A DNA stretch of 64,000 nucleotides, taken from an uncultured Acidobacteriota bacterium (GTDB taxonomy: Bacteria > Acidobacteriota > Thermoanaerobaculia > Gp7-AA8). Position 1 is the stretch's first letter; each line of letters begins with the position of its first letter. The DNA lies in assembly GCA_963822445.1 (NCBI GenBank), contig CAWGHO010000001.1, positions 608,001 through 672,000 on the forward strand. The letters run 5' to 3'. Below the pieces are notes generated by a model. The model was not told the origin of the DNA, ran no database searches, and worked only from the letters and a program-made list of their open reading frames with translations. The position numbers were made by a program, and so were the translations under genes. Shown in pieces: positions 49,908 through 58,875 of this stretch.

Positions 49908-51092
49908 ATGACCAAAAGCACCCTCGTTGTTCTTCTGCTCGCGGCCACAACCACCTTCGCGCAGGGCACCGACCCCCTCCGCAACGTCTCCGGCACCACC
50001 TCCAACCCCGGCGAGGTGCAGCCGTGGGTCACCAGCGACTCCGGCGGCTGGACGTTCTTCCACGGACTGACCGCGCACGTCACGCACGTGAACGAGAGCG
50101 GGCCGGTAGAGCCGCGCAACGAATTCTTCTCGACGAACTGGTTCGCGGGCGGCCTGCACCGCAACTTCGGCGATCGCGGCTTCGCTCTTGTCCGCGGCCG
50201 CATCTCCCTGGAGCCGTACACGATTGCCGACAACGAAGGCTATCCGCAGATGCTTCAGTACGTTTCCGCGGAGGCCGGCGGCGATCCGTTGATCGACCGG
50301 ATGCGGCCGCACGATCTCATCGGCGAGGCCGCGCTGCATGTCGGATGGCGCCCGAGCACATCCACGCTCCTTCATCTGTACGTCGGCGCCGTCGGCGACC
50401 CGGCTTTCGGGCCCGCTCCGTTTGCGTTGCGATCGTCAGGAGCCGATCTGCCCGAGGCGCCTTTCGCTTACGAGCTGCAGGAGACGGTTCATGACTCCAC
50501 GAGCGTCGTAACGGCGGGCTTCAACTCGAAATGGATCAGCGTCGAGGCCAGCGTGTTTCATGACGCGGTCACGTTCGGCGATCACACGGAGATCGACAGC
50601 GGCGGCATCGATTCGAATTCGATCCGGGTGACGTTCAATCCGGTCCGCAACTTCTCCGTGCAGGTCTCCCGAGCCGACCTCGGCGAAGAAGCCAGTGAGC
50701 GCGAGATCACCAACGCCTCGGTCTCCTTCGGCAATGAAAACGTGGCCGTCACCGCGCTCTGGACGCGCCGCGATGACATCTTCCGCGTCGTCGAGCAGAC
50801 CGGTTATGGATTCGAGATCGCACTGCGCGGCGACCGCAACACCTTCACCGGCCGCGCGGAATGGGTCGATCGCCCGCTCGGCTTTCCCGACTCCACGAAT
50901 GCCACCGCCACGGAGCAGACCACGCACTTCGCCGTCGGCTACATCTTCGACTTCCTCCGCAGCCCGCGCCTCCGCGCCGGCGCCGGCGTCGCCGCCGACT
51001 ACCACACCCAATCACACGAGCTGCCCACGCGCTACGGCCACAAACCGCAGGCGATCTTCGCGTTCGTGAGGGTGAGGAGCGGGAGGATGTAA
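49908..51092 (+). CDS. Probable outer-membrane beta-barrel protein
   Basis: Signal peptide, SGTTSNP, FSTNW, DRMRPHDL, amphipathic strands, GYIFDF, FVRVR. Confidence 0.75.
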   Translation: MTKSTLVVLLLAATTTFAQGTDPLRNVSGTTSNPGEVQPWVTSDSGGWTFFHGLTAHVTHVNESGPVEPRNEFFSTNWFAGGLHRNFGDRGFALVRGRISLEPYTIADNEGYPQMLQYVSAEAGGDPLIDRMRPHDLIGEAALHVGWRPSTSTLLHLYVGAVGDPAFGPAPFALRSSGADLPEAPFAYELQETVHDSTSVVTAGFNSKWISVEASVFHDAVTFGDHTEIDSGGIDSNSIRVTFNPVRNFSVQVSRADLGEEASEREITNASVSFGNENVAVTALWTRRDDIFRVVEQTGYGFEIALRGDRNTFTGRAEWVDRPLGFPDSTNATATEQTTHFAVGYIFDFLRSPRLRAGAGVAADYHTQSHELPTRYGHKPQAIFAFVRVRSGRM

Positions 51093-51093
51093 C

Positions 51094-51185
51094 GTTTCGA
51101 GGTTTCGGGGTTACGAGGTTACGGGGTTATGAAGAGGTGTCTTCCGCAACTACCTCGTAACCCCGCAACCCAGTAACCTCGTAAC
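51094..51185. repeat. Inverted octamer tandem-repeat hairpin
   Basis: 5 x GTTWCGRG-like followed by 4-5 x CYCGYAAC-like, between convergent genes. Confidence 0.88.
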
Positions 51186-51866
51186 TACTCTCCCAGCTTC
51201 TGCTTCAACTCCATGAGCGCGTCACTCAACGAAGCCACCTGCTCTTCGAGCCGCGACACCCGCGCGGAGAGCGGTTCGCCGGTGCGGACTTCCGGCTCAG
51301 GCGCTGTTGGCGCGGCGTTTTCGACGATCGCGCCGCCGACTGTATGCGCCCAGCGCTCTTCCTTCTGACCGGGACGCCGCGGGAGCTGGCGCACGAGCGG
51401 CTCGCTGTGCGCGGCCATGTCGCGCAAGGCGTCTTCCGACTTCGGCGACGCTCTCGAATGAATGGAGGCGATCGCTGCGGCCGCGCATCTCGCCGGCGGT
51501 TTGCGGTCCGCGGAGGAACAGCAACGTGAGCAGCGCTTTCTCCGGCCGTTTGAGATGCCACACCGCGTCGAGGTTGTGATCGAAGCGCACCGCGCGGCCG
51601 CCCATTACCCGCCACACCATCTTCTCGTCCTGCAGGCGATCGAGGGCGCGCTGAATCTCATCCTCGGCCAGCTCCATCACCGGCTCGCGATTCGACTTCT
51701 GATTCGCCGCGGCCACCAGCGCGTTCAGCGTCAGCGGGTAGTACTCCGGCGTGGAGAGCTGCTTTTCCATGAGCGATCCGAGGACGCGGATCTCGACCGG
51801 ATCGAGAGTGCGGGGGACGCGCGGGCGCTGCTTCGAATCGGTGTCGAGGGTGGGGATGAACGTCAT
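51185..51866 (-). CDS. yceH: YceH/DUF480 family protein (single frameshift near 51436)
   Basis: RVLGSLMEK..TPEYYPLTLNAL..NQKSNREPV, LRGPQT.GE; C-terminus PGQKEERWAH in another frame. Confidence 0.85.
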
Positions 51867-53020
51867 GCCGCGGATTCTAACTGCACCGCGAAAACAGGCT
51901 CGCGGGCCACGCGGGCCTGGCCGAAGTAGTTGTCCGCGCGCAACGCCACCTTGCGGGCCAGGGCCATGAAGGTGGTCATCTTTCCGCCGAAGACGTTGAT
52001 CAGATTTCCACGGCGGACGACGCGGAAGTCGCGGCCGATCGCGGACGGATTCGACGCTCTGCCGACCAGCGGCCGCACTCCGGCGAACGTGCCGGCGACC
52101 TCGCCGCGCGAGATGGGCTCCTTCATGTAGCGGTTGAAGCGCGCGAGCAGATATTCGATCTCCTCCTCGCTCGCATGCACGCCGTCGAGCGGCTCCTTCT
52201 GCACGACCTCGGTCGTCCCCACCAGCGTCGTCCCTTTCCATGGCAGAACGAAGAAAACGCGACGGTCGGAGGTCGACTGCAGCAACAGGCCCGCCTCGCT
52301 GATCCGCCGCGTCAGCACGAGATGCGATCCGCGAACGAGGGAGAGGACGTACGAGGCTTTGATCGCGTTCGCGGCGAGGAGCTCGGTCATCCACGGCCCG
52401 GCCGCGTTGACGACGAGGTCAAATCGCGTCTCGTCGCCATGCTCGGTCCTGACGATCCAGTCCTCGCCGTCGCGGCGCAGGTACTCGACTTTTGTACGCT
52501 CGCGCACAGTCGCTCCGTCGCGGATGGCCGAGGCGATGACGGTGCGGGTCAGGGCGAAGTCGTCGACCTGTGCGTCCCAGTACGAGAAGCCGCCGCGCAG
52601 CCCTTCGGTCTTCAGCGGCGCGAGCTGGGCGAGTTCTTGCAAATTCAGAGAACGATGCCGAGCGATGTTTGCGCGTCCCGCAAGCGAGTCGTAGAGCAGC
52701 AGGCCGGCTTTGATCGCCGCTCGGCTGCGAGGACTGTCGGCGTAAACCGGCAGCAGGATCTCGATCGGCTTGACCAGCTTCGGGAGATGTTCGAGCAGCC
52801 AGTCACGCTCGCGCAGCGACTCCCGGACGAGCGTGAGATGCATGCGCTCGAGATAGCGCAGCCCGCCGTGGATCATTTTCGTGGTCGCCGAGGAGGTCTG
52901 CGCGCCGCAGATTCCTTTGTCGAAGAGGACGACCTCGTATCCGCGCCGCACCAGCTCCCACGCGCAGCCCGCTCCGTTGATGCCCCCGCCGACGACGGCG
53001 ATCCGGTTTTTTGTAGTCAT
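51863..53020 (-). CDS. glpD: FAD-dependent glycerol-3-phosphate dehydrogenase (short form)
   Basis: VVGGGING, TSSATTKMIHGGLRYLE, NAAGPW, LVGTTE, AGVRPL, GGKMTT. Confidence 0.88.
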   Translation of the reverse strand: MTTKNRIAVVGGGINGAGCAWELVRRGYEVVLFDKGICGAQTSSATTKMIHGGLRYLERMHLTLVRESLRERDWLLEHLPKLVKPIEILLPVYADSPRSRAAIKAGLLLYDSLAGRANIARHRSLNLQELAQLAPLKTEGLRGGFSYWDAQVDDFALTRTVIASAIRDGATVRERTKVEYLRRDGEDWIVRTEHGDETRFDLVVNAAGPWMTELLAANAIKASYVLSLVRGSHLVLTRRISEAGLLLQSTSDRRVFFVLPWKGTTLVGTTEVVQKEPLDGVHASEEEIEYLLARFNRYMKEPISRGEVAGTFAGVRPLVGRASNPSAIGRDFRVVRRGNLINVFGGKMTTFMALARKVALRADNYFGQARVAREPVFAVQLESAA

Positions 53021-53059
53021 TGCGCTTGTGATTTCAGTCACAGGTGGCAGGCGCTGCCT

Positions 53060-53075
53060 TGGCAAATCGCGTGCA
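53060..53075 (+). promoter_or_regulatory. Putative sigma54 promoter
   Basis: TGGCAAATCGCGTGCA (GG-N10-GC); ATG 15 nt after the -12 C. Confidence 0.55.
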
Positions 53076-53088
53076 ATTACTCATCCAT

Positions 53089-54297
53089 ATGACGAGCTTA
53101 CCGTCACCGTTTACGCCACGAATCGTGGCAGATGAGGAGCCCGGAGGCGACCTGGCGGTCATGCTCACCGGGGGTGGCGCGCGCGCCGCGTACCAGGTCG
53201 GGCTGATCAAAGGGATCGCCCGGCACTTCCCCCGCCTCCGCTTTCAGATCGTGACCGGCGTGTCCGCAGGCGCGATCAACGCCGTCTACCTGGCCGCGAA
53301 ACATGGAACCCTCGGCCAGAAAGCGGAACAGCTCGATCGGATGTGGTGCGAGCTCAGTTGCGACTCGATCTACGAGTTCCAGTGGAAAGCGTTCCTGCCT
53401 TTCCGCTCGGCGCTGGCTTCCATTTCCCCGCGAAGAAACCGCTGGGCCGCGTCGAAACCGCATGCGCTCGTCGACACGACTCCCCTGCGCGATCTGCTCT
53501 GCCGGATTCTCAATGTTCCGCCCGGACGGCCGGTGCCGGGAATCGAGGAAAACATCCGCTCCGGCGACCTCACCGCGCTCGCGCTCATGACCATCGACTA
53601 CTCGACCGGCCAGACCGTTCGCTGGGTTCAGGGCCGCAATTTCGATGCGCACGAAGCGCCGAACCGTCGCACGGCCGCGACGAAGTTCACGATCGAGCAC
53701 GTGCTTGCCTCGGCCGCACTTCCCTTTGTTTTTCCAGCGGTGAACATCAACGGCGAATGGCATGGTGACGGCGGCATCCGCCTGGCCGCGCCGCTTTCGT
53801 CCGCGGTACACCTGGGCGCGCGGCGCATCATCGCCATGTCCACCGGCTATCAACCCACGGCGGAGGAAGCAGCAACCCGCGAGATTTCGGGTTATCCGCC
53901 GGCGGCGCAGATCCTCAATCAGCTCGTGAACGCGATCTTCCTCGATGCCATCGACGAGGACGTCATTCGCATGGAGCGGATGAACGAGATGATCCGCAAG
54001 CTCCACCCCGAGGAGCGCGACGGGCTTAAGCCGATCGACCTGCTCGTGCTGCGGCCCTCGGTAGACCTCGGCAAGCTGGCCGGCGATTACGAGCACCTCC
54101 TCCCGAGGAAGATCAAGCTGCTGGTCCGCTCCCTCGGCGCGAAGGAAACGGAATCGCCCGACTTCATCTCCCTGCTCATGTTCGAGCCGGAGTACACCCG
54201 CCGGATCATCGAGATCGGCCAGGCCGACGTCGAGGCGCGCCTTCCCGAGATCCGCGAGTTTCTCGGTGAGGAGCGGATGCTGGCCGAGGCGAGGTAG
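53089..54297 (+). CDS. Patatin-like phospholipase
   Basis: GGGARAAY, GVSAG, ASAALP, DGG. Confidence 0.92.
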   Translation: MTSLPSPFTPRIVADEEPGGDLAVMLTGGGARAAYQVGLIKGIARHFPRLRFQIVTGVSAGAINAVYLAAKHGTLGQKAEQLDRMWCELSCDSIYEFQWKAFLPFRSALASISPRRNRWAASKPHALVDTTPLRDLLCRILNVPPGRPVPGIEENIRSGDLTALALMTIDYSTGQTVRWVQGRNFDAHEAPNRRTAATKFTIEHVLASAALPFVFPAVNINGEWHGDGGIRLAAPLSSAVHLGARRIIAMSTGYQPTAEEAATREISGYPPAAQILNQLVNAIFLDAIDEDVIRMERMNEMIRKLHPEERDGLKPIDLLVLRPSVDLGKLAGDYEHLLPRKIKLLVRSLGAKETESPDFISLLMFEPEYTRRIIEIGQADVEARLPEIREFLGEERMLAEAR

Positions 54298-54380
54298 TTA
54301 CGGGGTTACGAGGTTTCGTGGTTCCGAGGTGGCTGCTCAACGGACAACCCCGCAACTTCGTAACCCCGTAACCTCGTAAC
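54297..54380. repeat. Second inverted octamer tandem-repeat hairpin
   Basis: 4 x GTTACGRG-like, then 4 x CYCGTAAC-like. Confidence 0.88.
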
Positions 54381-54408
54381 ACGCCATGCCATAATCCCCC
54401 GACCGAAA

Positions 54409-55539
54409 ATGGCAATTCTTCACCTGGAGCTGCTCGGAGATTTCCGTCTGCGTTCCGACTCCGGCACGCTGGTGAGCATCTCCGCGAAAAAGTCGCAGGC
54501 GATGCTCGCCTACCTCGCCGTGAAGCCGGCTCAACTCGTCTCGCGCGACAAGATGGCCAGCCTCCTCTGGAGCAGCACCGCCTCCGAGCAGGCCCGGCAG
54601 AGTCTGCGGCAAACGCTGTCGACGCTTCGGAAAGAGCTCGCCGCGATCTCACCGAAGAAAATTCTCATCGAGGAAGGCGACTTCCTCTCTCTCGATCCTT
54701 CGCTGGTCTACGTCGACGTCGCCGAGTTCGAAACGCTGACAGCGGTCGGAACGCCGGAAGCGCTCGATCCCGCGACGCGGATCTACGCCGGTGATTTCCT
54801 CGAGGGCTTCGAGCTCGACGAGGAGAAGTTCGATCAGTGGGTCCTGGCCGAGCGCGACCGCCTGCATCGCCTTTCGTTGCGCGCGCACGCATCGCTCGTC
54901 GAGCAATTCACCCGCGCCGGCGCGATCGACGAGGCCATTGCCACCGCCCAGCGCTCGCTGCGAATCGATCCGCTGCAGGAGTCGATGCACCGCTGCCTGA
55001 TGCGGCTCTACCTGCAGACTGGCGACACCACGAACGCGCTGCAGCAGTACGACGCCTGCACGAAGGTGCTCAAGCGCGAGCTGGCGGTCGAGCCGGATGG
55101 CGAGACCAAAGCGCTCTACACCGAGATCGCCAACGCCCGGAAGCGGCGGACGACGACTGCCGAGGAGACGGCGCGGGACGTTCGGAAGAGCGTGCTCGTG
55201 GTCGAAGACAACGTGCTCAATCGCGAGCTCGCCAACGCGCTCCTCAAGACCGCGGGTTACAACGTCCTTTTGGCCAAGGACGGCGCGGAAGCGCTGATGC
55301 TCATCGGCCGCGAGCATGTCGACCTGATGCTGCTCGACGTCGACCTTCCCTTCATCGACGGCCACAGCGTTCTCGAGGCGCTCAATGAGAAGGGGCTGCA
55401 GGTTCCGACGATCTTCATCTCCGGTCTGCCAGGCGAGGAACCGGAAGTGCGCGCGTTCGAGATCGGCGCGGCGGACTTCATCCGCAAGCCGGTGAAGAAC
55501 TCGGTGCTGCTCGCGCGCGTGGCTAAGGTGTTGAAGTAG
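54409..55539 (+). CDS. SARP/BTAD transcriptional regulator with C-terminal receiver
   Basis: LLGDF, SRDKMASLLW, SLRQTLSTLRK, DPLQE; LVVEDN, LLDVDLP, KP. Confidence 0.88.
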   Translation: MAILHLELLGDFRLRSDSGTLVSISAKKSQAMLAYLAVKPAQLVSRDKMASLLWSSTASEQARQSLRQTLSTLRKELAAISPKKILIEEGDFLSLDPSLVYVDVAEFETLTAVGTPEALDPATRIYAGDFLEGFELDEEKFDQWVLAERDRLHRLSLRAHASLVEQFTRAGAIDEAIATAQRSLRIDPLQESMHRCLMRLYLQTGDTTNALQQYDACTKVLKRELAVEPDGETKALYTEIANARKRRTTTAEETARDVRKSVLVVEDNVLNRELANALLKTAGYNVLLAKDGAEALMLIGREHVDLMLLDVDLPFIDGHSVLEALNEKGLQVPTIFISGLPGEEPEVRAFEIGAADFIRKPVKNSVLLARVAKVLK

Positions 55540-56761
55540 CGCTGCACGTTAACGCGCTACCTTCACGCCACGTGCAACTGGCCTGGCTCTTCCCCATCGT
55601 GTCGCGGATGTCGAATGTCCACGTACCGTCCGTCTGCGTCGCGGCGACCCATCCGAACTGATCGTGGGCGAAGAAGTTCGCGACGTCCCGTCCGCCGATC
55701 GGACCTTTCGGCGGTGCGCTGGCTTTGTCGAGCTCCGTTCCACCATTGCCGATCACGAGTTGAGGAATGCGGTTGTCGGTGAAGGAGAGCATCTCCAGGA
55801 GGTGCATGTGACCGGTGAGCATCAACGCGGGATTGGGAGCATTCGCGCCGGCCTGATTCCAGGCCGTCCACATCACCGCAGTCTCGCCACCGTAACTGCC
55901 GAACGCCCAGATGGGATGGTGCAGCATCATCCACGCGCCAGCGGCCTTGTTCGCGTAGAGACTGAGCTGGTTGGCGACGATGTCCACCTGCGTCGGATCG
56001 ACCATGTAGTCCGAGACTCCCGCGCTGTCGATCACGATGAATCGCATTTCGCCAACAGTCACCGCGTACGGCGGCGTGTACTCGAGATTCGACTTGCACA
56101 TGCGCTTGTCTTCGTACAGGTAAGGCCGCGGATCGAGAAACCGGAACCACCCCTCGGCCGCGCGATCGCAGCTCTCGTGGTTTCCGCGGACCATCACCCA
56201 CGGCGCGTTGGGCAGAAGCTTCGCCGCCGGCTTGAACCAGTCCGCGTTCCAGCGGCTCCAGTCGTAGCTCGACGGAACCCACTTGCCGCCGGACATGACC
56301 GCCTCGCGGTAGTAGTAATCGCCGACGTTGAGAATCAGATCGGGATCCCATTCTGCGATCGAATTCGTGACCGCTTCGAACGGCCAGGCCTTCGGATCGT
56401 TGCAGTCCTGGATGGACGCCTTTCCGTTGCTGACTTTGCGACGGCAACCCGTGTCGCCGAGGATGGCGATTTTCGCGGTGCGGCCGAGCTTGGCGACGGG
56501 CAGCGGGTGATCGCCGATCGACGCGGAGGCCGCGGTCGTGGGAACGGCTGCCTCGCAGGACGTGACGCGGTAATTCTTCCCGGGAAGGTTGCGGACGCGC
56601 ATCCGTTCGCGGCGGCCGTCGATGGTGATGTGCGGGCAATCGCCGGACGTGACGATGGTCCGCGCGGTCGGACCATCGGGTCCGTAGGTGAGCCACACCG
56701 GATCAGCCGCACGCAGGTTTAGCGACAGGAGCGCAAGGGCAGCCAGTATCGAGTTACGCAT
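55523..56761 (-). CDS. Secreted calcineurin-like metallophosphoesterase
   Basis: GDTG, VGDY, RGNHE, HHP, GHMH. Confidence 0.88.
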   Translation of the reverse strand: MRNSILAALALLSLNLRAADPVWLTYGPDGPTARTIVTSGDCPHITIDGRRERMRVRNLPGKNYRVTSCEAAVPTTAASASIGDHPLPVAKLGRTAKIAILGDTGCRRKVSNGKASIQDCNDPKAWPFEAVTNSIAEWDPDLILNVGDYYYREAVMSGGKWVPSSYDWSRWNADWFKPAAKLLPNAPWVMVRGNHESCDRAAEGWFRFLDPRPYLYEDKRMCKSNLEYTPPYAVTVGEMRFIVIDSAGVSDYMVDPTQVDIVANQLSLYANKAAGAWMMLHHPIWAFGSYGGETAVMWTAWNQAGANAPNPALMLTGHMHLLEMLSFTDNRIPQLVIGNGGTELDKASAPPKGPIGGRDVANFFAHDQFGWVAATQTDGTWTFDIRDTMGKSQASCTWREGSALTCSATSTP

Positions 56762-56829
56762 AGGTGGATGCGGGGAGCTTAGCACGGCTGCGCTTGCCAC
56801 GATTCCGCCACACTCTTAGATTGAAAGCC

Positions 56830-57159
56830 ATGAACCGCATCCTTGTTGTCGAGGACAACCCCACAGTCGCCCGCGCCATCGAGGAAAAGTATGTGTGCGA
56901 TTACGCGACCGACGGCTGGGACGCGATCGAGAAGCTCGAGACCGGCGACTACGCTGCCATCGTGATCGACGCCGACGTCCCCAACCAGAGCGGCTACGGC
57001 GTCCTCACCTATCTGCGTGAGGAAGTCGGCGACGACGTCGGCAACGTGATCTTCCTGACCAGCTCCGGCCACGAAGCGGTCCGCCGGAAATTCGGCGCGG
57101 CCCTGCACGTGGTGGACAAAGCGGACGCGCTCGCGGAAGTCACCCGCATCCTCGGCTGA
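56830..57159 (+). CDS. Single-domain response regulator
   Basis: ILVVEDN, IVIDADVP..SG, DK. Confidence 0.8.
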   Translation: MNRILVVEDNPTVARAIEEKYVCDYATDGWDAIEKLETGDYAAIVIDADVPNQSGYGVLTYLREEVGDDVGNVIFLTSSGHEAVRRKFGAALHVVDKADALAEVTRILG

Positions 57160-57162
57160 TCC

Positions 57163-57621
57163 TCACAACCACCGCCGCACCCGCCGTTTGTACTCGAGAT
57201 ACTCGTCGGGGAAGATCTCCGCGATCGTTCGTTCCTCCCAGCTGACCACGACGCGATCGAGCACGATCCACAAACCCACCGCGGCCAGCACGAACCAGAG
57301 CGCGTTCGCCGCGAGCGCAATCGCCAGCATCATCAGCAGCAAGGACAGATAAAGCGGATTGCGCGTCCGGCTGAAGACGCTGCCGGTCACGAGACTCCTC
57401 GGCCGCTGGCCCGGCTCGACAGGCGTCCGATGGCGCCTCATCTCGATGAGCGCGGCCGCGGCGATCGTCACCGCGACCGCCGCGACGACGATTCCGGCGC
57501 CCATCCCCCACCAGAACGACGGCATTCCGAGAGCTAACGGGAAGCGCGCCTGCAGCACCGCCGCGGCGGTGGCTGCGAGCAGGAAGAGCACCGGCGGAAG
57601 CCGAAGAGCACGTGCGAGCAC
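57163..57621 (-). CDS. Isoprenylcysteine carboxyl methyltransferase family membrane protein
   Basis: LVTGSVFSRTRNPLY, EE, Y..YKRRVRRWL. Confidence 0.9.
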   Translation of the reverse strand: MLARALRLPPVLFLLAATAAAVLQARFPLALGMPSFWWGMGAGIVVAAVAVTIAAAALIEMRRHRTPVEPGQRPRSLVTGSVFSRTRNPLYLSLLLMMLAIALAANALWFVLAAVGLWIVLDRVVVSWEERTIAEIFPDEYLEYKRRVRRWL

Positions 57622-57667
57622 GCCGTCAGTTTAGTGCTGGCATCCCCGGTGAATTGACCCACGGCAC

Positions 57668-58072
57668 ATGGAACAAAGCAGTCGTGCCGAAGTGCAGCAG
57701 TTTCTGGATCGCATGGGCCGCGCGGTCACGACCGGCGACGGCCGCACCGTCGCCACAATGTGGGACACCCCCGCCCTCGTCCTCGGCGACGAACGGGTCA
57801 TGGCCGTCAGCGCCGCGCAGGAGATCGAGCAATTCTTCGGTGGAGCGAAAGAGCAGTACAACGCGAAGGGCATCACCGATACACGCGCGGAGATCGTGAG
57901 CCTTGACTGGCCGACGAAGCGGATCGCCGTCGTGCAAGTGCGTTGGCCTTACCTCGACGCGAAGGGGTCGGTGCGAGGCGAGGAAACGTCGACGTACACG
58001 CTCCGACGCGATGAGAGCGGCGATCTCAAGTTGCGCGTAGCCTTGATGCACGGCGCCGCGGGCGGCGCATGA
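57668..58072 (+). CDS. NTF2/SnoaL-like protein
   Basis: 134 aa with an NTF2-like helix/strand pattern. Confidence 0.65.
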   Translation: MEQSSRAEVQQFLDRMGRAVTTGDGRTVATMWDTPALVLGDERVMAVSAAQEIEQFFGGAKEQYNAKGITDTRAEIVSLDWPTKRIAVVQVRWPYLDAKGSVRGEETSTYTLRRDESGDLKLRVALMHGAAGGA

Positions 58073-58875
58073 CCTTCGATCACACGACGGAGCAGTACTT
58101 CCGATTCCTCGACGCACTGGAGCAGGCGGTCATCGCCACGGACGCCGCGGGCGTCATTCTTCGCTGGAGCCCGGCCGCGGAGAAGCTCTACGGATGGCCG
58201 GCCGGTCAGGTCATCGGCCGCAACGTCCTCGAGATCACGCCGATGGAGCTCTCCCGGTCGCAGGGCGCGGAGATCATGTTGACCCTTGCCGGCGGCGAGG
58301 TGTGGTCGGGCGAGTTTCAGGTACGGAACCGCAAGGGAAAGACATTCGCCGCGAGCGTCACCGACGTTCCCTTGATCGGTACGAGCGGCGCGGTGGCCGG
58401 CGTGATCGGCGTCTCCGCGGCTTCGCGCGCGCCGACGAAAGTCAGACCTCTGCTGCGGCGATTCGCGGCGGCCTGCGAAGCGATCTGGCCGAAAAAGATC
58501 GCCTTCGACATCTCCATTCCGGCCGCGGCGAGCGTGAGCGCAACCGAGCCGCACATGACCCAGCTTCTGGCCCTGCTGCTGCTCCTCCATGCGGAGGCAC
58601 TCGACCTGGGCGGGAAGGTGAAGGTGCTCGCCGGCGGCGCCGAGCACTCGCCGTTCGCCGATTTCGGACTGGCGATCACCTCCTCGGCGCTCTACATCCG
58701 CATCGACCGGGCCGATGCGTCGCCGACGTACTCGGTGCTCCGCAGCCTCCCGGTCACATCCGAGCCGACGAAGTACGTTTCCGCGCTGGTGCGCACGGTG
58801 GGAGGAATGCTCGTAGCCGGCGCGTCGCAGGAGCGGCCGAGCGCGATGCACCTGGTCCTCCCGCTGAAACCGTGA
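58069..58875 (+). CDS. PAS-domain protein with degenerate HATPase-like C-terminus
   Basis: AVIATD..WSPAAEKLYGW..WSGEF; no H-box. Confidence 0.7.
   Translation: MTFDHTTEQYFRFLDALEQAVIATDAAGVILRWSPAAEKLYGWPAGQVIGRNVLEITPMELSRSQGAEIMLTLAGGEVWSGEFQVRNRKGKTFAASVTDVPLIGTSGAVAGVIGVSAASRAPTKVRPLLRRFAAACEAIWPKKIAFDISIPAAASVSATEPHMTQLLALLLLLHAEALDLGGKVKVLAGGAEHSPFADFGLAITSSALYIRIDRADASPTYSVLRSLPVTSEPTKYVSALVRTVGGMLVAGASQERPSAMHLVLPLKP

Noticed and set aside
51420-51445. Programmed frameshift in yceH
   Set aside because: No slippery sequence; a single extra base, consistent with indel errors elsewhere in the window.
56793-57655. Further sigma54-like sites (56795-56810 minus; 57638-57653 plus)
   Set aside because: Poor -12 elements (TGGC, GTGA); could be chance in GC-rich DNA.
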